A stretch of 64,000 bases of DNA from an uncultured bacterium (GCA_964448115.1 CAYUVA010000008.1:1-64000), one strand, 5' to 3'. Shown: positions 1-10,822, counted from the stretch's first letter. Notes: generated by a model from the sequence alone, not told the origin. A program made the numbers and translations.

Positions 1-853
1 AGATGGAGGCGCCGGTGCCTTCTTCGAGGGTCCATGGATCCTGGGAAGCGTTTGGACCAATCTCCTTTTTTACAGCGCTGGGTACTTTCTGCTGTAGATA
101 TGCCTTTAATGTACCTATGGTAACATCGCCTTGTTTATTGGTCGCATCACCGAGCAATCCTTGAACCAGGTAGTATGAAAATATGCCCTGGTTCTTACCG
201 GGATACTCATAAGCTCGTTGCCCGGCTGCGCATGAGTATAAGGTCGAGCTGAAGGCAGTCCCCTTATAATCCTCAAAGGGAACATTTCGCATCAGCGCCC
301 TGGCAAAGGATTTGGTCAATGTATTGTCTTTATCACCGCGTCCCTTGTCGGGGTCGTTGCGACATGCATCGATTATTTGCAGGCTTTTTCGAGCCTTTAT
401 TCTTTTCATAAATTTATGAAGCTCATCGACGGAGATGGTAGTCTTCTTGAAGGTATAATCATTGGTCAGGTCAGTTTCCTGTGTAAGCAGATAAGCCTTG
501 CCACTTTTTTCAATGCCATGTCCAGCAAAGTAAAAAACGAAGAAATCATCTGGTTTGGTAACACTAGCAAGCCACACAAGGTACTTTATTATTTTGCTGC
601 TGTAGGGCTTGTAGTTCTCCATCTGGTCGCTGGTTAGCACAACGACATTATCGGACTCGAAGCCGGCGTATCTGATTAGTGTGTTACCGAACTGCCTTAC
701 ATCGTTGCAAGCGCCGGCAAGCTCCGATATTCCGGAGGAATTATACTTGTCTATGCCGATGAGCAGGGCATAGCGGGTCTCCTCGGCGCAAAGCGGGCTT
801 AGGAGCACGGCTGTGAATAGTATTGCGATGGTTATGAGGGCTGTCTTTCTCAT
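1..853 (-). CDS. Secreted caspase-like protease (peptidase C14/metacaspase family), 3' end runs off the window
   Basis: Not in the ORF track; translated by hand from ATG at 853 (minus): MRKTALITIAILFTAVLLSPLCAEE (signal peptide), then RYALLIGIDKY...ACNDV...FVFYFAGHG...IIDACR...YSCAAGQRAYE...GIFSYYLVQGL. His-Cys dyad motifs are intact; the frame is open to position 1. Confidence 0.9.
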   Translation of the reverse strand, partial: MRKTALITIAILFTAVLLSPLCAEETRYALLIGIDKYNSSGISELAGACNDVRQFGNTLIRYAGFESDNVVVLTSDQMENYKPYSSKIIKYLVWLASVTKPDDFFVFYFAGHGIEKSGKAYLLTQETDLTNDYTFKKTTISVDELHKFMKRIKARKSLQIIDACRNDPDKGRGDKDNTLTKSFARALMRNVPFEDYKGTAFSSTLYSCAAGQRAYEYPGKNQGIFSYYLVQGLLGDATNKQGDVTIGTLKAYLQQKVPSAVKKEIGPNASQDPWTLEEGTGASI

Positions 854-1061
854 CTTTTCACTCCATTCTCGTTCCTCTGAATTATTATTTCATTATTATT
901 CTATTGCGGTCAAGCGAATAATTCAAGAGTCCAGCTCGTTAACCACAAAGGTAGTTGGAGATGGAGGAGATTAAGAAGCTAGAGAAAATACATAGTAATG
1001 GTGAATAAATTATCATAAGGTTGTATTATTGTGTGCATTAACGCAAAAGGAGAAGTCTGAG

Positions 1062-3191
1062 ATGAGATATATAGCAGCACTTCTGATCGTACTTTCGCTC
1101 CATGCAGCCTGCCTGGGGATCACTACCCAACGCTTTACCCTGGATACAGCACGAGATTTTCTAAGCGGTGAGCTTGAGAACATCGCTGTCTCCTACAAGG
1201 GCTACCTCAGATTATCGCCTCGGCTAGCAAGGCTAGCTGATTGCGACCAGCTTTATGCCTGGTGCCTTGTGGAAGATAGCAAGGGTAATATATATGTTGG
1301 CACCGGCGATGATGGCAAGATCCTGAAGATCGATTTAAAAGGTGAGATCAGCACCTTCTTTGACTCGACCGAGGTGCAGATCCTCTCCCTTGCGATAGGC
1401 AAAGACAAGGCAATCTATGCCGGCTCGGCACCAGGCGGATATGTCTATAGGATCGAACCTGGTGGAGTTGCCCAGACCTATTTCGCAAGCGGCGAGAACT
1501 ATATCTGGAGCTTGGCATTCGATGAAGATGGCATTCTCTATGCAGGGAGCGGTCCTAGCGGCAAGGTCTTTCGGATCACGCAAAAGGGCAGCGGCTCGCT
1601 GTACTACAAGTCCCCTTCCCAGCATATCATGACCCTTCTTTGGCATAAAGGCAAACTCTATGCCGGAGGAGCATCACCGGGAACGCTTTATCGAATCGCC
1701 TCCAGGTACAAGGCGGTTGCGCTTTGGGATACCAACCTGGAGGAGGTGCATAATCTGATCGCCGATAAAGGTGGTGCCATCTACTTCAGCGCCAATCCCG
1801 AGGGTGCAGTGCGGATAACTGTCCGTAAAAAGAAAGCTGGCGCTGAAGCCAAAAAGGAGGTCGAGGTCAGCTACCAGGATAAGGAAGAATCCAAGTCGAG
1901 CGTGTTCAAGCTACATGAGGATGGATATATCAAGCGGATCGCTTGGAATATAGATCCACCTATCATGGGAATGGCAATCAAGGATGGACTGATCTATCTT
2001 AGCAGCGGCGACGAGGGAATGGTGCATGGCATTATCCCTCACGATGAGCTTTTTTATGTCTATGTCAATCAGCATTACGCGATAACCGCTATGGAAACAG
2101 ATTCCAAGGGAAGACTTCTTATTGGCAGCTCGAATCCTGCCGCCATCTATCGTACCACCGATGGCTACAGCGAAAAAGGAACCTATCTTTCAAAGGTATT
2201 CTCCGCTGAGTGCCAGGCTCGATGGGGAGCGCTGAATTACCTAGCTGAACTTCCCGGTGATTGTAATATTACATTTCAGCTTAGGCAGGGGAATACAGCC
2301 AAGCCGGATAAGACCTGGAGCGACTGGCATCCTGCAAAACCGCTGCGTGATAATGTGAAGGCTACGGCGGACAGGGCGTTGTACCTGCAACTAAGGGCTA
2401 TGCTAAGTACCAGAGACTCCAAGCTCACCCCGCGCATTGACAGCATCTCTGTATCCTATATGCATCCCAATAGGGAGCCGCGCATATCCTCGGTAACCGT
2501 CTATCCCCAATCCAAGGGGATGTATGATGAACATGGACGGGAAGCGCCTGGCGAGTCTTTTGTGCAAAAGATCGATGATTCCTTGGAGGTTCGCTATGTC
2601 ATCAAAGGCAAGCACAAGGAAGCCAGCAAGGGTACCTGGATCTCGCTTCGGGGCATGAGAACCGTCGGCTGGAAGGCTAAGGATCCCGATGGCGATAAGT
2701 TAAGGTTCAGCATCTACATAAAGGGAAGCAAGGAGTCTAGCTGGCGGTTGTTAAAGGATGACTACCTCGGGCAGTTCTACTCATTCGATTCCTATAGCTT
2801 CACCGATGGCAGGTATATCATCAAGGTGATAGCTGATGACAGCAAGGATAATCCTTTGAATATGGGGCTTCAGGCAGAAAAATTGAGCGAGGTGTTCGTT
2901 ATCGATAATACATCACCGACAGTTAATATCCTAAGCCATAAGAGAGAGGGGAACTCATACATCATCAACTTTGAGGCGGTCGATCAACTCTCAATGATAA
3001 AGGGCGCCACCATTTCCCTTGATGGAGATGACTGGATGCCTGTATTACCGGTTGATTCTATCTGCGATCAAGCCAGTGAACGCTTCCAGATAACCGTTGA
3101 ACCAACCGGAAAAGGGAAGCATTACCTGGCAATAAAGGTGGTCGATGAGAACGAGAACTGCCAATTGATCGAGCTTGGCTTCGATTTTTAG
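1062..3191 (+). CDS. Secreted beta-propeller protein with C-terminal Ig/FN3-like domains
   Basis: ATG 1062 follows an AAGGAG RBS; signal peptide; repeated blades (IYVGTG..GKILKI, IYAGSAPGGYVYRI, LYAGSGPSGKVFRI); C-terminal W.A.DPDGDKL and DNTSP motifs. Confidence 0.7.
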   Translation: MRYIAALLIVLSLHAACLGITTQRFTLDTARDFLSGELENIAVSYKGYLRLSPRLARLADCDQLYAWCLVEDSKGNIYVGTGDDGKILKIDLKGEISTFFDSTEVQILSLAIGKDKAIYAGSAPGGYVYRIEPGGVAQTYFASGENYIWSLAFDEDGILYAGSGPSGKVFRITQKGSGSLYYKSPSQHIMTLLWHKGKLYAGGASPGTLYRIASRYKAVALWDTNLEEVHNLIADKGGAIYFSANPEGAVRITVRKKKAGAEAKKEVEVSYQDKEESKSSVFKLHEDGYIKRIAWNIDPPIMGMAIKDGLIYLSSGDEGMVHGIIPHDELFYVYVNQHYAITAMETDSKGRLLIGSSNPAAIYRTTDGYSEKGTYLSKVFSAECQARWGALNYLAELPGDCNITFQLRQGNTAKPDKTWSDWHPAKPLRDNVKATADRALYLQLRAMLSTRDSKLTPRIDSISVSYMHPNREPRISSVTVYPQSKGMYDEHGREAPGESFVQKIDDSLEVRYVIKGKHKEASKGTWISLRGMRTVGWKAKDPDGDKLRFSIYIKGSKESSWRLLKDDYLGQFYSFDSYSFTDGRYIIKVIADDSKDNPLNMGLQAEKLSEVFVIDNTSPTVNILSHKREGNSYIINFEAVDQLSMIKGATISLDGDDWMPVLPVDSICDQASERFQITVEPTGKGKHYLAIKVVDENENCQLIELGFDF

Positions 3192-3370
3192 ATTACATTG
3201 TCAGATGTATAGCCATAACTTGTAACCCTGATATTATCCAAAACAGACTCTCTACCTTTGCTTGACGGGGGAGCTTTTGCTTGACTAAGAGGCGATAATA
3301 TGTATCTATTTTATGCCGATGCGCACGATATCTTAAAGCTAATAGCAAGGTCGAGGTAAAAGGGATACTA

Positions 3371-5326
3371 GTGGTCGAGTTTATATCACAAGTCTTTGGA
3401 TTCGCTGCGCTTCTTGTACCCTTAGCGTTTATCCATTGTGGATTGCGTCTCTTACTTCTCCCTGAAGATGCGAGGCATTTCAAGGTATCATCGCTCCATC
3501 TGGGATTAATTTTTCTCATTAGCATTACTCTAGGCGTCTTTGGCGGATTTGTAGGCATCCCTGGTGGTCTTGGTGGAAGGCTGGGGGATCTGGTTAGGTT
3601 TGGTTTAGCGAGTCTTATTGGGCATCTCGGCTCTGCATTATTTCTCCTGGCGGTTTATATTCTCTCGATCTATTCGTTGTTTCAAAGGGCACCTATCATA
3701 AAGAAGGAAAATGTAGCTGTCCTGGCAATAGTTCTGCTTGCCCTTGCCATGAGGCTCATAGGGATAAATTGGGGCAATACCTGGGGTCATATAGACGAGG
3801 GCTATTATTTTCTTCGAGCTGACCGGATGCTGGGTGGCGATTTCAACCTCGATTTCTTCGAGCATCCCACCTTCTTGATCTTCTCCAACTACGCCATAGA
3901 CCTCGTCTTCTGGGAATTGACCGGTCATAAGCCGAGCCACCATGAGCAATTGCTGCTCGGTCGCGTCATAGTGGCTATTTATGGCACGTTGACCGTGCTT
4001 TTATTGTATTTTCTAGGCAAACAGATGTATGGCAGAAAGGCGGGTCTGCTGGGTGCATTTTTCCTGGCTGTTTCACCGTTGCATGTGGTCAACTCGCACT
4101 ATTTTACATTCGATACTACCTATGTTCTCTGGATGACAGCTTGTGTATTCTTCTGCCACAAGGCTGCCATGTCGTACCGCTTTCGATACTTTGTTCTTGC
4201 TGGATTGATGGCAGGTCTTTCATCTGGCTCGAAATATACTGGCATGTTCTGTATATTTCCGCTTTTTATTGCCAACTATCTGGGAAGGACATCATGGCAG
4301 GGATTAAGAAGCCCGCTTGATCTAACATTGAAAGATACACTAAAGACGACATTAAACCATCGTTTCATTGCCACTTATGCCTCGGCAGTGCTGGCGTTTG
4401 CGATAGTCATGCCCTATGCCTGGCTCAAGATGGACATATTCATCCGCGACTGGAAGAAGGCAGTGGCCATAGCCAAGGGGGAGCAGTTTTATCATTTTCT
4501 GAAGTTGCCTATCGGCTATATCTACCACTTCCAGGTAAACTTTCCGGCTGGATTGACCATGCCAGTCTTTATTTGTGCAATACTGGGCATGATAGCTGCC
4601 ATCTTGCGACTAAAGAATCGGGATCTTTTGCTTCTAGCCTGGTGGATGCCGATGTATGCCAATATCGGTAAGTTCAATGGAAGGTATGGCAGGTATGTAC
4701 TGGGTCTATTGCCTCCATTGTGTATATTTGCTGCCATGACCTTGCTTGGCGAATACCTGCCGGATAAGATCACCAAACGAAAGGGCTTCAAGGTCCTATC
4801 CGTATCTTTGATCGTATTATTCGGTTGCTATGCCTTTCTTGCTGGCGCTTCCTATACCAGGCTTTTATACCAAAAGGATGTACGCTGGGAGGCAAGGGAG
4901 TGGATGATGCGCAATATAAAACCGAGGGAGAAGGTCGGCTTATATGTCAGTCCCTCCGGGCTTATCATCCATGATAAGCCGATTATAGACCATATTCGCT
5001 GGCATGAGATACGCATTTCGGAACCATCGGAGTTTCTGAGCCTGGATCTTGACTGGGTGGTCATGTCCCATCTCGATTTCAGGCAGGCTTTCAGACTTAG
5101 GAACTATGCGAACGATACAAGCGTGATTCAACACTGGAAGCATATAAGGGAAGCGCCAAACTGGGATAAGCTATGGGCGGGTAAGACCAAGTACCAGCTT
5201 TGGAAGAAATATAAGACAAAACCGACCATACTTGGACTCGATTTCGAGCCTTATTTTGCACCACATGACTGGTATTACATATTTCCTACCGTCTATATAT
5301 TCAAAAATACGGGAAAGGATTGTTAA
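3371..5326 (+). CDS. GT-C fold membrane glycosyltransferase (ArnT/PMT, GT39/GT83-like) with an N-terminal FtsK-4TM-like segment
   Basis: HIDEGYY, FFEHPT, LLAVSPLHV..SHY and GL..GSKY motifs with many TM helices; N-terminus has GGLGGRLGDL..FGLASLIGHLGS. Confidence 0.75.
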   Translation: MVEFISQVFGFAALLVPLAFIHCGLRLLLLPEDARHFKVSSLHLGLIFLISITLGVFGGFVGIPGGLGGRLGDLVRFGLASLIGHLGSALFLLAVYILSIYSLFQRAPIIKKENVAVLAIVLLALAMRLIGINWGNTWGHIDEGYYFLRADRMLGGDFNLDFFEHPTFLIFSNYAIDLVFWELTGHKPSHHEQLLLGRVIVAIYGTLTVLLLYFLGKQMYGRKAGLLGAFFLAVSPLHVVNSHYFTFDTTYVLWMTACVFFCHKAAMSYRFRYFVLAGLMAGLSSGSKYTGMFCIFPLFIANYLGRTSWQGLRSPLDLTLKDTLKTTLNHRFIATYASAVLAFAIVMPYAWLKMDIFIRDWKKAVAIAKGEQFYHFLKLPIGYIYHFQVNFPAGLTMPVFICAILGMIAAILRLKNRDLLLLAWWMPMYANIGKFNGRYGRYVLGLLPPLCIFAAMTLLGEYLPDKITKRKGFKVLSVSLIVLFGCYAFLAGASYTRLLYQKDVRWEAREWMMRNIKPREKVGLYVSPSGLIIHDKPIIDHIRWHEIRISEPSEFLSLDLDWVVMSHLDFRQAFRLRNYANDTSVIQHWKHIREAPNWDKLWAGKTKYQLWKKYKTKPTILGLDFEPYFAPHDWYYIFPTVYIFKNTGKDC

Positions 5327-5327
5327 T

Positions 5328-6053
5328 ATGCGATATTCCCGGCTTACAGCGTGGATGGTTTGCGTGCTGGCAGTTCTAGTGGTCATCATCTTATTTAATC
5401 TTATCTTCATGAAGTGGATAGATGCATATATAGCCTTTCCCAATCAGGAGCAGGTTGCCTATCTAAGCCAGGCGCTGCCAGTAGATTTGGTGCTAAGAAA
5501 CACCGAGGAGGCACGGTATTCCTCGTCTTATATAAAGCTGGTCTTTGATAAATCATTCGATGATTATTTCAAGATCGTGCAAACCAATCCGCCGGCTGCG
5601 GTGAAAAAGAAGGATTTTAGGGGTCGCACTGTGCTCAAATTTAAGGATAAGGTTGTGCTGAAATTCACCAGGAGCGAATCTATCCGCCTGTATCTGCAAC
5701 CGATAAAGAAGGGGATTACCGAAATACGGCTCTCGGTTCATGCCTTAGGCTATCCTCTGGTCAGAAGGATACCGCCTGAGAAGGTGATCTCAGAGCCTAT
5801 AACCATCCTCGGCGCACCAGGCAGAATAGATGAGCCTGTAGAAACTATAATCACCGATGAGACTGATACCCAACCAATAGATCTTCAAACAACCGTAGCA
5901 GTACCCAATCGAGAGCCAAGCCTGGTCGATTTGATACTCCAAGAACCGATTGGACATCTGCATCGCTCCCAGGCTGCTGATGTAAACGCTACCCGGCAGC
6001 AGCCCAATCCACTGCTTGAGCTATTGCTCAACAAAGCAAGGGAAGGCAAGTGA
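5328..6053 (+). CDS. Hypothetical membrane-anchored protein
   Basis: Starts directly after the upstream stop (ATG 5328); one N-terminal TM helix; overlaps the next gene (GTGA). Confidence 0.55.
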   Translation: MRYSRLTAWMVCVLAVLVVIILFNLIFMKWIDAYIAFPNQEQVAYLSQALPVDLVLRNTEEARYSSSYIKLVFDKSFDDYFKIVQTNPPAAVKKKDFRGRTVLKFKDKVVLKFTRSESIRLYLQPIKKGITEIRLSVHALGYPLVRRIPPEKVISEPITILGAPGRIDEPVETIITDETDTQPIDLQTTVAVPNREPSLVDLILQEPIGHLHRSQAADVNATRQQPNPLLELLLNKAREGK

Positions 6054-6931
6054 AAAAGGCTAATGCCTTGCTGATACTGGTATGTATTTTAGGGATGGTT
6101 ATCTTTGCCTGTGAATCGAACAAGCTAAAATCCATAAAAGAGAAGTTACCAGGTGGTGATATAGGTGAATACAGGCAAACGAGGATAGAGACCAATACAG
6201 AAAGATCTCACTTTCGCAATGTAACCGCCCATTTCTGCGACTCGCCAGGGCATGTTGCCGTAAACTATAAGGACAAGCATGATAAGGAATCCTCCATCGA
6301 GGTGATAATCGATCTGCACCCAGGCAATGATCCCTATCTTACCCACGATCTTATTGGATATATGCATTTTTACTCCCGCAAGCCTGGCGGTGATATAATC
6401 CCTTATGAGGTAATAGGAAGCGGTTCTTCAAGGCATCTTAGGATAATCGGTCAAAACCAACATCACGCTGCCTGGCTGAGCAATAATTACAGTATCGTTA
6501 TCAATTGCAAACGCATAACTATCTATCCACAACTGCTAATGGAGAGATATTTATCAGCTTTTCCGAGCACACTGGATCTTGAGCCAATTACGCCTGAAGC
6601 ATCATTCAGAAGTATTGAAAACTACTGGTACCAAGCTGAGATCCCCCGAAGATTGGCGCAGATAAAGGGCAAATCACCAGTCAAGGGCAAGAGGCGGTCA
6701 TGGTCTGCTCGCTCAACCGGTTTGGCAGTGCTCGAGGAGTTCGTCCGCCGGCATGTTAAGCTAGAGCAGACTAAAAAGGGAGAAACCCTGAATTTTATCA
6801 TCAATGTGGATCTGGCTAAGCAAAGGATAGATAGCTTTGAGGCTGAGCCTGATGCCATGATCCAAGTATGGGAAAAATGGTGGCAGGCTAACCGGGAAAG
6901 CCTAACCTTTATCAACCTTGATGTGCCTTGA
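6050..6931 (+). CDS. Hypothetical lipoprotein
   Basis: MKK + hydrophobic stretch + IFAC lipobox; coupled to the upstream gene. Confidence 0.6.
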   Translation: MKKANALLILVCILGMVIFACESNKLKSIKEKLPGGDIGEYRQTRIETNTERSHFRNVTAHFCDSPGHVAVNYKDKHDKESSIEVIIDLHPGNDPYLTHDLIGYMHFYSRKPGGDIIPYEVIGSGSSRHLRIIGQNQHHAAWLSNNYSIVINCKRITIYPQLLMERYLSAFPSTLDLEPITPEASFRSIENYWYQAEIPRRLAQIKGKSPVKGKRRSWSARSTGLAVLEEFVRRHVKLEQTKKGETLNFIINVDLAKQRIDSFEAEPDAMIQVWEKWWQANRESLTFINLDVP

Positions 6932-8302
6932 TGAGCTTTTCCGCTGCTTGAAATACTTGCTCGTCTGGTCAACCAGCACGCCGGAAAGCGCTAAGATGGC
7001 AACAAGATTAGGCAGCGCCATGAATGCGTTGGCGATGTCGGCAGCGCTCCAAACCAGCGACAGTTTCACGGTCGCGCCAATGGGAATCACGATCACCCAG
7101 GCGATCTTGTAAGGATTTATCGCACTCTTGCCGAAGAGATATTCAATACCCTTCTCGCCGTAGTAATACCAACCGATGATGGTGGTGAAGGCAAAAAGCA
7201 TCAATCCGATAGATACGATATACTTGCCGACTCCAGGCAATGCAGCATCAAATGCATCGGCGGTCAACGGCGCGCCGTCCTGTCCACTGCTCCAGGCGCC
7301 GGTTATCACGATAGCCAGGGCGGTCATGGTGCATATAACAAGGGTATCGATAAAGGGTCCAAGCATAGCTACCAGCCCCTCCCTGACCGGCAGGTCAGTC
7401 TTGGCAGCACCGTGTGCCATCGCAGCCGTGCCTAATCCCGCCTCGTTGGAGAAGACGCCGCGGGCAACTCCGTTTCTGATGGTGAAGGCGACAGTTGAGC
7501 CAATGAAACCACCTGCTGCCGCGGTTGGATGGAAGGCATGATGCAATATTAGACCTAGCGCTTCCGGCACTTTATCGATATTGAGCGCTATGATGGTGAT
7601 CCCGCTTGCCACATAAAGAAAAGCCATCGATGGGACAAGGCGGGCGGCGACTGCCCCGATGCGCTTTATCCCCCCGATTATGACCAGACCGACCAGCACT
7701 GAGATAATAATCCCGATGGTGAGCTTGACGGCTAATAATCTATCCCCCTGCAATGTAGTCAGGTTGGTCAGTGCATCGGCTACCGAGTTGGACTGTACGG
7801 CATTTCCGATGCCGAAGGCTGCCAAAGCGGTGCATGCGGAGAAAAATATTGCCAGGAACTTGAAATTCTTGCCCATTCCCCTCTCAATGTAATACATCGG
7901 ACCTCCACGAACGCTTCCATCATCAGCGTCGATGCTGCGGAAAAGCACCGACAGGGTCGCGCTGGAGAATTTTAGAGACATGCCGAAGATGGCTGTAACC
8001 CACATCCAGAAGACCGCCCCCGGACCGCCGGCTGCAATAGCCGTTGCCACTCCTGCGATATTGCCGGTGCCGATGGTGGCGGAAAGCGCGGTGCTTAGAG
8101 CCTGGAAATGGCTGATATGTCCCTTATGTGAGGGATCATCGTATTTACCGCTTAAAAGTGCGAAGCCGTGAGTGAAGCCCCGCATCTGAACCACCCCAAG
8201 GCGGATGGTCATGAAGATGCCGCTGCCGACCAGCATTACGATCAAGGGCGGTCCCCAAACGAAGTTGGAGATGCTGCCGATGGTATCGATCAATGATTCC
8301 AT
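6902..8302 (-). CDS. Alanine/glycine:cation symporter (AGCS family)
   Basis: IGTGNIAGVATAI..GGPGAVFWMW, GGPMYY, RGVFSNEAGLG, FIDTLVICTMT, MALPNL signatures. Confidence 0.95.
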   Translation of the reverse strand: MESLIDTIGSISNFVWGPPLIVMLVGSGIFMTIRLGVVQMRGFTHGFALLSGKYDDPSHKGHISHFQALSTALSATIGTGNIAGVATAIAAGGPGAVFWMWVTAIFGMSLKFSSATLSVLFRSIDADDGSVRGGPMYYIERGMGKNFKFLAIFFSACTALAAFGIGNAVQSNSVADALTNLTTLQGDRLLAVKLTIGIIISVLVGLVIIGGIKRIGAVAARLVPSMAFLYVASGITIIALNIDKVPEALGLILHHAFHPTAAAGGFIGSTVAFTIRNGVARGVFSNEAGLGTAAMAHGAAKTDLPVREGLVAMLGPFIDTLVICTMTALAIVITGAWSSGQDGAPLTADAFDAALPGVGKYIVSIGLMLFAFTTIIGWYYYGEKGIEYLFGKSAINPYKIAWVIVIPIGATVKLSLVWSAADIANAFMALPNLVAILALSGVLVDQTSKYFKQRKSSSRHIKVDKG

Positions 8303-8327
8303 TGGATAATCTCAATACACTATTGGA

Positions 8328-9104
8328 TCATTCATCACTCAAAAGATCAATAAGCATCTTAGCGTTCTTGGGTGCTTTACCCTGAAAGTGATTATTGGCA
8401 TATATGAAAAGTTCCTTGGTATTCTTTTTAAGCGCCCTTATCTTGGGTACCCATTCTAAAAGCTCTTCCTTGGTGTATAGGTAGTCATATCTCTCGTGAG
8501 GCTGCCGGTGATTCCACCATTTCTGCGCGTTCCTGCCGTGCAGCCGAATATATCCTATATCAGAGGTCGCCACTGCCACCGGGGGCATCAGGTCTTTTAG
8601 GTTAGGCTCATCAACGCAACAAAACCCGATCCCAAGTGTTCTAAGAAGCCCGAAGGCATCTTCGTTGACCCATTGTCTATTCCTGAACTCTGCGACCAGG
8701 GGCAGATTGCCAAGCCTCTCCTTGAAAAGTTTAAGCCGTTCCTTGCTTATACGACTATGGAAAAAGTTCCAGGGGAACTGCAGCAGCACGCAGCCAAGTG
8801 TATTACTGGTAATCAGGGGTTCAAGAGCATCAATGAACCGAGTGAAGATCTCCTCGGACGGAACATCCTCTCCATGCGTGATCTCCCTATATGCCTTTAT
8901 TGAGAATATCATCTTCCCCCCTGTAATCGAGACCATTCTTTGCAGGATTCCAGGCTCAGGAATACGGTAGTAGGAGAAGTTTAGTTCCACTGTATCAAAG
9001 TGCTGCTTATAAAAGGCTAGCATATCCGCCTCTTTTATATTCTCAGGATAAAAGTATCCCTTCCAGTCCTTATAACTAAAGCCCGATGTGCCGATATGAA
9101 TCAT
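8328..9104 (-). CDS. DUF72 (YecE-like) protein
   Basis: IGTSGFSY.DW.G.FYP, TVELNFSYY, LLQFP, AEFRN, YIRLHGRN, RYDYLY, YANNH. Confidence 0.92.
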   Translation of the reverse strand: MIHIGTSGFSYKDWKGYFYPENIKEADMLAFYKQHFDTVELNFSYYRIPEPGILQRMVSITGGKMIFSIKAYREITHGEDVPSEEIFTRFIDALEPLITSNTLGCVLLQFPWNFFHSRISKERLKLFKERLGNLPLVAEFRNRQWVNEDAFGLLRTLGIGFCCVDEPNLKDLMPPVAVATSDIGYIRLHGRNAQKWWNHRQPHERYDYLYTKEELLEWVPKIRALKKNTKELFIYANNHFQGKAPKNAKMLIDLLSDE

Positions 9105-10822
9105 CTGCTCTCGATAATCTCCATTAAAGTTTTCAGTGCCCCCGGTTGGTGTAACAACTCTCTTATGTCATCTCGTTTTTGTATCTTCTCGTTCAGGTAC
9201 TCGAAAAAGTATCCCTTTTCAACCCCCTTATGTTTGAGAAGATTGAGTGGCTTGACATTGCTGGAGGTAACCACATAACCGGTTATCTTGGGATTCTGAT
9301 AGTATAGTTTAATAGCCTTGTTGAAGTTGCTCTCTGATGTCAGCTCAATGGGATTGATTACATATATGATTGAACCAGGCGGAAACTGAACATACTCTTG
9401 TTTCGCGCAGTCGATTATCTTCTTGGCATTCAACCTGTATCCCTCTGCATCCAGCAGCTCGCGCAGCCTTTCGTCAAGTATCTCCATGGTGTAGATGTCA
9501 TTGCTCCAGTTTCGGATGACCTTTTGCAGCACCTCTTTATCGATCCGGCAACGCTTTATATTCTCCAGCATCTTGTCCATCTTGGTCTGTGCAGCCTTGG
9601 ACTGGATGCCATGGATATAGCGCCTCAGGGTTTCTGCGCCTGATGATACCGGTGATGATTGCAATTCCAGCTTCCTTGAGCCGCTCACCATGAGGAAGAC
9701 TACTACCACGACAACAATGATAATATTCTTCGGTATCGGCGATCGCAGGTTTGCTGCTTTGACCACGGTTCGAATTATCTCCACAATTAGGATTGAAGCG
9801 CTAAATAGCGGTATGTAAATATCGCCAGGATAAACCAGGATGGGAAGAGCGGCGGCAAATAGTATGGGCACCACAAGCCCCAAGACAAGCCACCCATAGA
9901 TGTTCTTATAGTATCGTACTGCCAGGTATAACAGGATTGCCAAAAAAAAGGCTGAATAGAAATAGGCTGCCGGGCTAGCTTGACGGCTGAGAACGATGCC
10001 GATCAGCTTTCTTACGATATTGCTGTCAAAGAACCACTTGAGCAGCTCGACATAATTGTGCGTCCGCTCGAACTCTATGTCCCGCAGCGAGTATTGGAGT
10101 AAAGGGATCTTAAGCAGGAATAGATAGATGGGTGTAAATATCAGCGAGATTAGATAATACGGGATCTGAAGCCTTACTGCCGGTGCAGAAAGTCTCCTTT
10201 TATGATAAAGGATCATCACGAACACGGTAACCATGATCGGAAGCATCAAGGCAGTGGACTTGGAGAGATAACACAAAAGAAAAGAAAGGTATGATAACAC
10301 GAGCCAAATCCTGGAGGACTCCCTAACTAGATATCGATACAGAAAGACCAATGATAAAAGAAATAAAAAGGCAATGGATAGATCTTGAATCCCTATGATC
10401 CATCGGATGGTGTACCAATGAGCGCTCTTTAAGGCGAAAAACAGGGTTCCGAAGAAACTGAGCACTACATCCTGAAAAAGGTACATCAAGATGCGATGTA
10501 GCAGGATAATATTAAGAATATGAAGCAAAATAGCTGCCAGGAAATACCCGGTCGGGTTCAGATCAAAGATCGCTCTTGCAATGAAGAAATAAAGCCCTGC
10601 CGATAATGATGGGCTGCTGAGCGGATTATTAAGCAGCTCATCAAATGTGGGAGGGTGGCAGTTGATCGATGTGTGATAAAGCACATCGAAGTCCGGCTTG
10701 CCGAAAAACTGGCTTATATTGGCAAAATAAAAAAGGCAGACCAGAACGATCACCAAAAGGAGTCGCCAGGATGATTGCCTGGAATTGTTAATCCTGGTTA
10801 TCTTTTTATTCACAACTGTCAA
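9101..10822 (-). CDS. Polytopic membrane protein, possible GT-C glycosyltransferase
   Basis: About 10 TM helices; LH.LN..LL, FFAL..AH and YLSKS.A motifs like ArnT/TMTC relatives; soluble C-terminal domain; the TTG start is uncertain. Confidence 0.55.
   Translation of the reverse strand: MTVVNKKITRINNSRQSSWRLLLVIVLVCLFYFANISQFFGKPDFDVLYHTSINCHPPTFDELLNNPLSSPSLSAGLYFFIARAIFDLNPTGYFLAAILLHILNIILLHRILMYLFQDVVLSFFGTLFFALKSAHWYTIRWIIGIQDLSIAFLFLLSLVFLYRYLVRESSRIWLVLSYLSFLLCYLSKSTALMLPIMVTVFVMILYHKRRLSAPAVRLQIPYYLISLIFTPIYLFLLKIPLLQYSLRDIEFERTHNYVELLKWFFDSNIVRKLIGIVLSRQASPAAYFYSAFFLAILLYLAVRYYKNIYGWLVLGLVVPILFAAALPILVYPGDIYIPLFSASILIVEIIRTVVKAANLRSPIPKNIIIVVVVVVFLMVSGSRKLELQSSPVSSGAETLRRYIHGIQSKAAQTKMDKMLENIKRCRIDKEVLQKVIRNWSNDIYTMEILDERLRELLDAEGYRLNAKKIIDCAKQEYVQFPPGSIIYVINPIELTSESNFNKAIKLYYQNPKITGYVVTSSNVKPLNLLKHKGVEKGYFFEYLNEKIQKRDDIRELLHQPGALKTLMEIIESR

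Noticed and set aside
377-637. 86-aa plus-strand ORF
   Set aside because: Shadow of the minus-strand caspase-like gene.
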